Shown here one piece after another: positions 1 through 24,902 of a stretch of 64,000 nt of DNA. Under the pieces are notes generated by a model. That model searched no databases. It was not told where the DNA came from and saw only the letters and a program-made list of their open reading frames with translations. The stretch's first letter is position 1. The number at the start of each line of letters is the position of its first letter. The position numbers and the translations under genes are program-made. This DNA is from Balanoglossus misakiensis. Taxonomy: Eukaryota > Animalia > Hemichordata. The stretch lies in assembly GCA_040954595.2 (NCBI GenBank), contig CM082590.2, positions 10,628,088-10,692,087 on the forward strand, in the 5' to 3' direction.

Positions 1-1453
1 TATGGTAAAAAAGAATGAAAGAAATATTGACCTCTATCGTCAGAGAAAATTAATACAAATGTTGTGAACAAAAGGTGTAAGACTTCGGCTTTTGTAGCTT
101 TGATGTGTTGGAAGGCACTGATCGGAAACCTTGCTGCGTATCCATGGCAACCACAGTTCTTGGAACATCTCAATCACTGTGAAAATTGCTCTCGAACGAG
201 GCTGCAAGGTCAGTTGCGGTCAACCAGGCGAGGTCACCATCACATTGGAAAAACCTTGGTGATGGATTCCGTTGCAGATTTCTCCCAAATAAACCAACAG
301 ACGAGCCAAAATTAGGCATAATAATTATTATTTGGATCTCAGAGGTTAATGAATTTCACAATATTTGATCGGGAAGACAAAACAAGGTGAGGATTTTCAT
401 AATTAGTGTATTTACATCGTTGAGCACATTAGTGTGTTATTTGATAAAGTATATCTGACTCTATCTAGCTCTTAGGAGGTTGTCATGACGCTGAGTGGTG
501 CAAAAATTACTCCGGAACACGTCTTAGAGTTCAAGGGGGCGGGGATTTTCTTGGTAAAGGTCGTGACCGGACGACCATTGTATAAAGAACAATAAGATTT
601 ACATGTAACGGTACAGGTCAATTATGGCCATGCTTGGTCACGCCCCCTTGAGGCCAGGTCACCTGTTTCGGTCCACAGACAAAGTCACTTGCCAATTTTG
701 TCAATCATTTGCGGTTATTAAATAGGAGTAATGTCTCGTGTTGTAATTGTCGTGAATAAATTGTGGCCTGTATATATTGCGTACAATTCGCTTAATATAT
801 TCGTACGTGTAGACGGTGTACGTTTCATTTACGTTGAGATCGACACCGTTGTCAAACCGGATGTTTTTGTTTACATCATGTTGCTTTCGAGTTTCGACTC
901 GAGCGAATCCGACGCCATAAACTCTAATCTGCTCGTGTCTTGCCGGTTAAATCAATTATAAGCTTCATGAATTCACTCATCACAAAACATGTGTGGTGGG
1001 CAATTATAATTGTAATTGATTGGTGCATTAATTTAAAAGAAAACGAGGCCTGATAGAGGAGATCAAGAAGTGAAAGTAGAATTAAGTGTACCAGATGGGG
1101 CCATAGTGTACAATGTATATTTCGATTGAAATATACATTGATTTGAAAAAGGAACTACAGTAGATACACAAAATAAAAATACTGAAAACGTAGGAAAAAG
1201 TTACAGCTAATGGAGAGATCCCAAATTGTAGTAAACCGTACCATCTTCTAACTCGATCACTTCAAGCTCATGGTTGTCAATTTCTCGTCAGAATAATGCA
1301 CGGTTATTGAAACCGGTATCTGACTACGGATAAGACTGGTCCAATTATAAAGACTTTCTCTCAAAATGCCGCGGAAACGATAGATGTCTGTGATTGGCTG
1401 TAAGAGATGGAAGATCATGAAGATGGGAATTCACAGGTTGCCATGGAAATTGA

Positions 1454-4400
1454 ATGGACTTGTATAAGATGCAGAATCAGCTGGAAAACCTAGTGAGAGA
1501 TAATCAGAATAATTTAACCGTAGATAAAAATTTGAAACTGAATGTGGATGTGAGTGAACTGGTTAAAGGGGAGAGCCCTCAACGTACATTTAAGGAGGAC
1601 TGTAGTCATGGTGACAGTGGAGGCGGTTGCCAACAGCAACCAATGGGCTTGCTGCAGACGAAGAAGAGAGAGAGAATTGACCAGGAAAATGATAACAGTG
1701 ACATTGCTACCAAAATTCCCAAAAAGGATGATTCCAACATAGGTATGAGTGAAAGTGAAATGAAAGATTTGGAAACTAGCGACAGATCGTCTCGTGAAGA
1801 GAGAAGTGGAACCAAATCCCTTGAAAATAAACAGGTGCTTGTTTCTGGCAAACCTGTACCAGTTCTTACAATTTCGAACATATCATCAAAGCCTTTTAAT
1901 TTTCAGGAATCTATTAAAAGCAAGAGTCTAGATTTAGAAACATCAGCAAAAAGTAAGATAGACTCTCTGTCACCTTGTCATGTGACTTCTTCTGTTGTGT
2001 GGAAAGGGGAAGACACAAAACTTAATGTTGAGACAAAATCGGACATCGGCAAGTCAAATTCTGAAACAAAGTCGAGCACTGCTGAGAGAAAGGAGGTTGC
2101 TATAGCGACCAAAATAGAACATCCGAAACTGGAGATTGAAGAGAAGAAGCCGTCCGGGGATGGCGTGGAACGGATCCAGAATGCCTTGCGGGAATTGCGG
2201 GGAAGACAGGAATATTGGAACACGGAATGCAAGGAATTAGTGAAGTCTATCGGAGATTGCTACTGGGATTATCCGGATGGGAGAGTCAAGTTGTCAAATG
2301 TTTTCAGGAAAGCAGGAGGAGCAGGTAAGAGTTGAAAGCATTTTTAACCCTTTTACCACAATGGTTCAGTCGGAAACCATTGTTTTCTATGGTAAGGTTA
2401 GACCACTAAAGAGGGAACTGGGGGTGAAAGGGTTAAAACCCCACGAGATAATTATACAGATCACCTGTATATTTAGCCACCCAATTCAAGAGTACACAAC
2501 TATTGTAGTATATATGTATGGGTGTTAGAATCTCCACAAATTCAAAATGGTGCTGTTTGTCTACTGACGATAAATAGAAGATTGAAGTTATTCCGTAGTG
2601 GTAGAACTGAAAATAGAATGACATTTCAGTCATATCACATACATGATAGAACGGCAAAGGTTATGGCAGAATATTAAATATTATTATTATCATAGGATTA
2701 ACTCTTTTCATGTTCCTGTTTTAGGAATATGCGTACACATGATCAACAGTTTATCTCGACATGGTTTGTTTAAATGCACGGCTGGTTGGTTCGCAGCATA
2801 CTACGCCTACACACTATGTTGGAATTTCAGCGACATCAGTTTGGAGTTGTGTCGGAGTTTTGGTGAAGTCGGCATGATTCGAATATGCCTGACCAACATT
2901 GCCCATGAACCATACAGGAAGAACGTTCGACAAAAAGTAAGTCAAATTATCAACAAATTTTACATGGCACTCTCATTTTGTCCAATGAGAGATATTTCCT
3001 CTTTCAAATGCAGAAACTGATTAACCATTTCATGGATTTGGACCAAACTATGGATTTGGACCAAACTATGGTGGTGGTGAAAGAGTAAATAATTCCAATT
3101 TCATTTTCACATGAACTATGTCTGTCTTTTCTCCCAGAATATTCTGTATCTAGTGAAGGCTTCGCTAAATATTCTACACAATCTCGCCAAAGAGCCAAGC
3201 AACCGACAGTACTTTCGCAAAGACAAAGGTGTCGATAAGATCAAATATTTCATCAACAGCGACCAGTATTTGAAGTCTATCGCGATGATGACACTAGCGT
3301 ATATTATAGAAGAACACGAAAATCATCTCATATCGGATCACAGTAAGTCAAACCCTGTCTAATCTGGAAATCTCTTTAAACCAGACACCTCTGCAAAATC
3401 GAACAATATTCTCCGTTTTGTTGGTGTCCGGTTTAGACAGGTTTTACTTGTTGAACGGACTGCAGTAGATTTCTTGTTGAACAGACTGCAGTAGATTTCT
3501 TGTTGAACAGACTGCAGTAGATTTCTTGTTGAACAGACTGCAGTAGATTTCTTGTTGAACAGACTGCAGTAGATTTCTTGTTGAACAGACTGCAGTAGAT
3601 TTCTTGTTGAACAGACTGCAGTAGATTTCTTGTTGAACAGACTGCAGTAGATTTCTTGTTGAACAGACTGCAGTAGATTTCTTGTTGAACAGACTGCAGT
3701 AGATATCTTGTTGAACGGACTGCAGTAGATTTCTTGTTGAACAGACTGCAGTAGATTTCTTGTTGAACAGACTGCAGTAGATTTCTTGTTGAACAGACTG
3801 CAGTAGATTTCTTGTTGAACAGACTGCAGTAGATTTCTTGTTGAACAGACTGCAGTAGATATCTTGTTGAACAGACTGCAGTAGATTTCTTGTTTAACAG
3901 ACTGCAGTAGATGTCTTGTTGAACAGACTGCAGTAGATGTCTTGTTGAACAGACTGCAGTAGATTTCTTACTACGCAAAGGGCCACTATCTGTATCTTCT
4001 GGCTATATTCTGACTAACATAAAACTGGTGTTTTCACGGAACGCTTTTGACTTGCAAAATGCACTGCACATGAACTTGCAAATTGCTCTGTTATCACAGT
4101 TACTAAACACCACAATCTCCATAGCAACAGTTACCAGCTAGTCCACAAATAAGCTGTCAAAATGAAAGATGATTTGGCTTTCACTGTTATGGGAAGAAAT
4201 ACCTGGCTAATCCCACTCAAACATTTGAAATCTGTCCCCAAATTGCGCACTATCATAATTATAAATCACACACAGCTCAGGTGAACCGTGCTATGCATAC
4301 CAGTATGTAAGTTTGCAAAGCTGACCAAAATATGCGCCAAAATAAATGTGTATATGACAAAATAAAGAGAAAGTTAACACAAGCACCAAAGTGACCAACA

Positions 4401-7400
4401 GAAATGGTTCTCATGATTTGAGTCGTATTTTTGTTGCATCTTTTCAAACAGCACGCAAAGCTTGATAAACCTGACCAGCAAAAAAAGAATGACTTTGTAT
4501 GCCAGCCATCACTGATAACTTGCATTTATGTCAACTCCTGGTTGGCGTGTTGTTATATAATAATACTATTTCCTTTTGTTTTATGAACTTCTGAAATAAT
4601 TGATGGAAGCTTATTTGTGGACCAGTACTGAATCACTTCATCACAACATGTAAACATATGAAGGATTTACATGCAGTGAAAGACCAGGTTTTCCATGATC
4701 GTAGAATTTAGAGTTTTCATTCATATTAGATTCATGACATCTTTCTGAATGAACAGTACGGACTTGTGTCCTTTTGATTACTGACAAAAAAACCACAATG
4801 AATTTGGAGATGAAAAAATGATTATGATGATGACTCAGATCAATATTTTATATGAATATGCCACAGATTAACGGATAAATTTGGTCTTGACTTGAAGCGT
4901 GTGCATCTTTAATACGGTGAACATGTGTTAAAGATGCATTGTCATGAACTAACCAATAACACTTCTTCACTCCTTGCCAAAGCTGACGGAGGTGATTTCG
5001 AGAGTGACACTGTAAAGATAGAAAAAGGTAAAAATATTGTTTTACCTTCTTCAGACTAAACGCATGTAAATGCCTGCTGCAAATTATTTTGTTTTGTTGT
5101 TGTTGTTGTTGACATGCTGTGATATCATTTGTATGCCTTGTCACAAAATTACCGAAAAATTTACAGCACCACTTGTCTATAGGAAAGTCCCTTGACTGGC
5201 CACTATAGACAGATGCAACTGTACTACTGATGAAGGGCTTTGCGTGAAACTTTGTTTTATTCTCTCTTCCACAAATGTTTTTATTTCTTCACTGGTTTGG
5301 TTTTTTTTATCACTAGTTATCCATCACCTGTGTCTTGATTATTTAACATGATCGCATCTCAAAACAGGAGCATCAATGTCATTGACACTACTTTCTTTAC
5401 CATCTCAGGTGCTATAGAGTTCATAGCTAAGCTACTACGTGATGCCTTATGCAGTCTGTCAGGAAGAGCTGAGGGTTTCTCTTGCATGGAGCTGGCCCAA
5501 GGACTTGGACACCTGGCTGTCAATGATCGCAACAAAACAAAGGTATACAAAAAATCTCATTCCGTTGATAATAGACCGTTTTCTGAAATCAATGAGGCCC
5601 TGCGAGATCTTGCTTGGCTAGGCAGTTTATGCCTGGATAGTTGCTATGGAGACCTCCAGGAGTGACCAGGCCTCTAAATGTCTGTGTGTCTTCTAGATTG
5701 ATGCAGCAGGTGCATTGCCGTTACTGATTGAGATGTTGGATCGATCCGACGCAACGGAACAGGCTGCTGCAGCCAACGCACTCTGGAATCTCACCTTCGA
5801 TGACTGCGTGAGAAAGAAGATCAAAGACAACGAGAACTGCATTCTTGCATTGCAGCAACTCAGTCGATCGGAGAATGATCTGGTCAAGTCTGCCGCTAAT
5901 GGTGCATTGTGGGTGATTGGTCGAGATGACAGACCCCCTACAAGAAGTAAGAATACCAAAAACTGGAAATTGTAAAGATCGTATGCACCTCAAAAATCAA
6001 CTTTTTCTCAAGTTTTGCTCAAGTCAACTTTAGATTGTTTTCTCTTAAGAATCGAAAATCCGGTCACCATGCAATAATTGAATGAGAGTAGAAAAAGAAA
6101 CAGAATGAAAATACTGTCATGCAAACTTGACACTGATAAACTGTTATGTGCATGATTGAGTCTTTCATTGTTTCACACTACTTTTCATTTCATCCAGGGT
6201 ATTCGAGTCGAAGTGGCAAGTTCATACAGCCTCACATCATGATCAGTTATCAGTGGGGATCTCAGGAGACGGTGCTGAGAATTGCTAATGATTTGAAGGT
6301 GAGTTGGAAAACATGAAGGGACTTTCCCCTGTAATGCAGACCTGTTCGTGGTTCTGCAAATTAAGTTTTAAAACTTGGTTGGTTCATTGCTGCAGATGGC
6401 TGACATATAGTGCCTCATTTAGATTCATTGACACATACACTATTAATATAGACATGTAATGTCAATTTCTAAAAATAAGTTTTTCCTTTCATCCCCAAAA
6501 ATGGGACAGTTTACCCCGGAACACATGATGACTGACAATTAGGGCAACAGTGTATTTTGATGACCGAGGGTTAGTCACAACTAAAACAGACTGTTTTGGT
6601 GTGACTGGCAGTCCCGAGGTCATCAAAAATACACTGTTGCCCGAATATGTCAGTCATCATGTGTTTTATAACACACCAAACACGACACACACCACATCCA
6701 GGCAACTGTACCGGGCAGAAACCGATCGAACTGATGCCCTAGGGAACAGTTCGAAATGACTAAGGTCACGTGACGGCGTATTGACAAATCACAGTCGAGG
6801 GTTTGCTGCATGGTGTGTTATAAAACAAAGTGAAGTCCGTGAAAGAAGGATATCATGGACTTTTGGCAAAAAAGACTAGGAAAGGATGTCAGGTGTAAGT
6901 TTTCTGAGCTGTACGTCACTTCTGTTTATTTGTCCAGGATTCCGGATACAATGTCTGGATAGATGTGGAGTACATGGGAGGTTCTACCTTGGAAGCAATG
7001 GCAGAAGCTGTGGAAAATGCTGCTGTGGTTCTGGTGTGTGCGTCCCAGAAATACAAGGAAAGTCCCAACTGTAGGACAGGTAAGCAGAAGTCCATTGGTT
7101 AGAGCATTGGACTCATGATTAGAGAATCATGGGTTTGAGCCGCGGCTTGGCTGTGGTGTTGTGTCCTTTGAGCAAGGCACTTTACTTCTCATTGCTTCTC
7201 TCCAAACAGGAGTAATGGGTTCCTGGTAGGACAGAGATAAATAAAGAAAAGAAAATATGGCCTGACTGTTTTCAAATTGATACTTTTGAATTCAATAGGC
7301 TGTAGAGTTCTATAGATGTTCAGAGAAATTCTATAAATATCTGTAGAAGTTCAATAGGCTCTAGAATTCTATAGATGTTCAAAGAAATTCTATAAACTTT

Positions 7401-9359
7401 TGTAGAAGTTCAACAGGCTGTAGAGTTCTATAGATGTCCATAGAAATTCTATAAATATCTGTAGAAGTTCAATAGGCTATAGAATGCTATAGATGTTCAG
7501 AGAAATTCTATAAACTTTTGTAGAAGTTCAACAGGCTGTAGAGTTCTATAGATGTTTAAAGAATGTTGTTATAAGACCTAATAATAATATGATTATGTCT
7601 TGTCACTGTCAGAGGCTGAATACACGTACCAACTTCACAAAGACGTAGTTCCATTACTGATGGAGTCCTTCTACAAACCCGATGGTTGGCTGGGAATGTT
7701 GATGGGTGTCAAGTTGTACATAGATTTCTCCGGTGCTTACACCTACGACAATCAAATCAAGAAGTTGATCAAGGAGCTTGGAGAGCGTGGGAAGAAAGTG
7801 GTGTCTATCACAGAAGGTAATTGAGAGATTTGAAAATGTATTTTAGTTCGCGAATGAACTCATCATAGTGCCGACAGAGAAAGGGGAAACGTAGGGTTCA
7901 TTATTGCATGGAAAAGCCTGGAATGACACTTCTCCTGGTAAACCCTTGAAAGTACTGGGACGTAGTTATTAATTATTGTCTATATCGTTGTGTTTGTCTC
8001 ATCAGAACTTTCTCCTGTACAGAAGAAGATTACAACTGTGCCTGGCAGCGTACCCATGTTGAACTATCACAACGTCCTTTGCTGGAACACACATGATGTA
8101 CAGAACTGGATTTCAGAAGTTGGTCTTGAAAGGTTTGAAGTTCTCCCGATATTCATCCCCTCCCCCATGAAATGATTTGTTCCAATTGCAAACGATAATG
8201 CTCACATGTGTGTCTGACCTACTAACATAGAGAACACTATATCCATATTAGTAAGTGCACCACACATACCTTTGCTGTGCTTTTCGTATCAGTATATTAA
8301 TTGTGCTAAACTTGTTGTATGTGATCTTCATAAGAAGTAGAAATGTAGGGCAGAGCAAGCATCAAGAAGTATAAGGCACGTTAAGTTCTCTATACTTCTC
8401 ATGACAATTTATTTATGTTTAACGGTGTATAACTCAAAACAGTGACTTAATTTTTGTGGGGAATGTTCGTCTGTGATGTGCAGTTGTGTTTAGTATCCGC
8501 CATTAGACAAACAGCCTTGCGTTTCGCAGTGTAGCTTGCAGCAGTGAAGGGCACCCTCTAGAGTTGTCTTCGCATAAACGCAAACCAGTCATGTGAAATG
8601 CGCCCTCTCAAACAGAAGTGTCTTCGCTTAAACGAAAGTCGTTTAAATGCCCGCGTTCCAGTCATGCCGAATAGTTACCCAATTAAGGTAAAAGTAGACA
8701 CCACTTAGGTTAAAGCCCTGGTAACTTCTCTCTTGGTTATTTTCTCAGTATTTGTCTTGTGTGTCCACTGTAAATGTACTTTCTTGTTCTACTGTGCAAT
8801 CAGCATTGTTATTGTTGACAAATGAAGTCAAGTCTGAACATGAATCATTTATTAACAATGGCCCTAACTCATATCCAGGCTTTGTTGAGAAGCTGAAGAC
8901 GGAACATTTCATAAATCTATCCAGAGTAGAACAATAATCCATTGTTAAAATGGGAGAAAAAATAGGAAAAAAATAGCCAAAAGTGAGAGTTACTAGGCTT
9001 TAATTTTTGTTTTGTTCATTGTTATGTTTTGTTTTGTTATGCTTTGCTTTACTAGCTTTAATACAGAAATATACACTCTGTTATGTGTGTTTAGCCACAG
9101 TACTCATAAACCTCATAGTATATTTGATACATTGGAATCATCATTATTTTGTTCTTATGAAATTAAAAACATTTTGAATTATTTGCTTTGCAGTTGCAAG
9201 GAGCATTTCTCGGAATACAACGGCAAGTTACTTGTTCAACTGCAGAGACTGCGACAAGAAGCTCCAGAATTCTTTTACAATTCTTTGAAAGAAGACGTCG
9301 GACTCACTAGATTGGTTGATATACTGAAATTTACAGAAGCTCTGGACAGATTACTTTAA
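1454..9359 (+). CDS. ARM-repeat / TIR (TIR_2 type) / SAM domain protein, 10 coding exons, about 803 aa
   Basis: Exons 1454-2324, 2725-2936, 3138-3342, 5409-5542, 5697-5946, 6198-6298, 6938-7079, 7613-7816, 8006-8132 and 9194-9359 join in frame at GT-AG junctions (2412 nt). ARM-like helices: YTLCWNFSDIS, ILHNLAKEPSNR, LGHLAVNDRNK, AANALWNLTFDD. TIR: HIMISYQWGSQ...GYNVWIDVEYMGGSTLEAMAEAVENA...SPNCRTEAEY...DGWLG...LYIDFS. SAM-like C-terminus: WNTHDVQNWISEVGL...NGKLL. The start codon is uncertain. Confidence 0.85.
2344..2436. mobile_element. piggyBac-like MITE (about 90 bp), family A
   Basis: TTAA-CCCTTT...AAAGGG-TTAA termini; related copies elsewhere in the window. Confidence 0.75.
3021..3089. 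mobile_element. Family A MITE, partial, with an internal duplication
   Basis: TTAACC start, ATGGATTTGGACCAAACT twice, then GGTGGTGAAAG. Confidence 0.5.
3447..3969. repeat. Minisatellite, 26-bp unit x about 20
   Basis: Near-identical head-to-tail copies of CTTGTTGAACAGACTGCAGTAGATTT with no spacers. Confidence 0.95.
6520..6827. mobile_element. Composite palindromic element made of two adjacent inverted-repeat units
   Basis: Hairpin at 6520-6666 (AACACATGATGACTGACA..GGGCAACAGTGTATTTT / AAAATACACTGTTGCCC..TGTCAGTCATCATGTGTT), then TGTTTTATAACACACCA (6662) paired with TGGTGTGTTATAAAACA (ending 6827). Confidence 0.6.
7095..7236 (+). mobile_element. tRNA-derived SINE remnant with a CORE-like central domain
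   Basis: A-box-like TGGTTAGAGC and B-box-like GGGTTTGAGCC, followed by GTGTCCTTTGAGCAAGGCACTTTAC...CATTGCTTCTCTCC. Confidence 0.6.
7291..7558. repeat. Minisatellite, 59-bp unit x about 4.5
   Basis: Units start at 7291, 7350, 7409, 7468 and 7527 (TTCAATAGGCTGTAGAGTTCTATAGATG...). Confidence 0.9.
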
Positions 9360-10479
9360 ATAGGGGTGGCTGTGTAGACACCCCTGCATCAAGAGATTTT
9401 GGTACGGTCCATTTGTGCGAGTAAATAGTGAATACACACATCTACGCCAAGAGATTTTGGAAATGATTTGTTTTCTTGTATGAAATATCAAGAGAAAACT
9501 TGTTCTCTTGTGAAATTTGTTTGTTATGGGGTGTGAAGGACAAATCAAAATTTATTGGAATTAGATAAAGAGATTTATCAATGTGTGATGTAATTTTTTG
9601 GTTTGGTGTGGTACTTTGCGTATGGATTTACAATCTTGAAGTTTGGACAGTTTGGGGTTTAAATTATTGGGGGTACATGTATTATTGCTCATGTGAATGA
9701 CAATAATTTATTTATTTATTTATTTATTTATCCGTCCCCGTCCTCTGCTTTTGTAAATATCATCACAGAAATGTATCATGGATTTTTGTTTAAAAATTAG
9801 ATTTTTTTTTATTATTGTGCATCGATTCTTTCTAGTAATGAATAAACTTTATTCTAGTAGCGAATTAAACTCTTTGTCTTTGAGCACTGCCTTATGGGAT
9901 TGACTGTTCACTAAACGTCTGTAACCAGCGGCTCCAGGTGGAACATGCGTGTGAGACGAGCTACGCGCTTTACATGATAATTAATTAAAAGGAATCATAC
10001 ATCCTTTTTCTCTATTATGCAAATGACTCAAGAGACCAATTTAATCTTTTCACTATAAACCATAATTATGCATGAACAAAACAATTAGTAGAATAACCTA
10101 TTCGCATTTAAGTATTTCCGTGGCTGGTTATGAAAACAGACAGAAGTTGAATACAGACAGAACGTCCAGGGGGAAATGGTGAATGACTTTATCGCGTTTA
10201 CGGTCACTGCACAATTCGCACTGACCTATATAAACCTGCATTAAGCACTTTTCTAAAATGTTGCATATTTTATGACGGCTGATAGTGAATCTTGTTTATT
10301 TTTGTGGACGACGGAATGATAGAATCAATTTGCCCAGTAGCATGTTAATCTCAAATATCTGCGTCATTTTAACAGAAAGAAGATGTCCGAATAAAATAAA
10401 TACAGATGAAATCAGCTATCTGCGAGAATGAAAAAAGAGATCTAGAAATTGGATAATGAAAGAGTAAATTAAACCAGGT

Positions 10480-10585
10480 GTAAGATTATTGTTTGTTTTC
10501 ATAGCAGGTGGTCGGTGCTGATGGATTATGAAAAATCAGCATCTTCAATTTGACCTTTGACCTTATTCCGGATTAGTGACGTCGC
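10480..10585 (+). promoter_or_regulatory. Candidate opsin proximal regulatory motif cluster (OTX-type sites, DR1, CRE-like)
   Basis: GGATTA at 10523 and 10570, AGATTA at about 10483, TGACCT-t-TGACCT at 10551-10563 and TGACGTC at 10577, all 170-280 bp upstream of the ATG. Confidence 0.35.
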
Positions 10586-10756
10586 TCTCGGGATAACTTG
10601 TGTTGAAGTGTGGAAGTGGTTCAGTGCACACGGCTGCAAACAGGCGTCGAGAGCAGCTAGTTGACTTGATTGTGTGTAAACATCAGCCTCATCCAACAGT
10701 TCCAAAAATTCACTTCTCGCCGCGGTGTCAACGTAAATATTTTGGATCAATTTACG

Positions 10757-17815
<7,059 letters not shown>

Positions 17816-18405
17816 ATGCCATATTTTTGTCGTGATGTAACATTTTTATCATTTCACACATTTTTCTCTGTTTTTTCTCTTAATTTTAGCCCAATTTCTA
17901 TTGAATAAAATTGTATCCTGATGTGCGCCTATTTTCTGTGCAATCCCTAAATGATCATGCTGTTTTCTCAAAGATCACTTTTGTTTGTCTTTTTCTTTGT
18001 GTTGTTCAAGGGATGTTATTATAATGTGCAAACAATATGGTTAAAATATCAATAATGTATCTGCGTGAGAGATATTTGCCATTTTTGCTCAAAAACTTGT
18101 GTTTTAATTAGTATAGTCCAAATGAAACTTTCATTGATCATGTGTGTCAGTTTTTCAAACAGTGATTGCAAATGAGTTTTCATCTTCTTTGTAAGTGAAT
18201 ATTAATGAAAAGAATAATAATAAAATAGGACATTGGTATGAGATGATTGTTTATTGGAATATTGACAGTGGCAAATGTTTAATGTTGTAGATATCATGTA
18301 TATGGTAATAGACATGGCTATTGACATTGGTTAGACCATGCTTGAATCTCCCGCGGTCTCACCAGCCAATCAATTCCAAGGTCAGAGGTCACACCTTGAA
18401 CAGCA

Positions 18406-24812
<6,407 letters not shown>

Positions 24813-24816
<4 letters not shown>

Positions 24817-24902
24817 ACCCTTTCACCCCCATTTTCCTGTGTAGAGGTCCAACTTAAGCCATAGAAGACAATGGATTTTGGACCTAACCATGAAAGGGTT
24901 AA
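24813..24902. mobile_element. Family A MITE abutting or overlapping the ATIC stop codon
   Basis: TTAAACCCTTTCACCCCC...TGAAAGGGTTAA; the TAA at 24814-24816 is the ATIC stop. Confidence 0.7.

Noticed and set aside
3433-3978. 181-aa repetitive ORF and CRISPR-like appearance
   Set aside because: It is a head-to-tail 26-bp minisatellite with no unique spacers and no cas genes, inside a eukaryotic intron; the ORF is a by-product.
7095-7150. tRNA gene
   Set aside because: The A and B boxes are degenerate, there is no intact cloverleaf, and a SINE core follows.
1454-9359. Calling the TIR gene SARM1
   Set aside because: The domain order is ARM-TIR-SAM with a single SAM, and I could not recognise SARM1-specific motifs.
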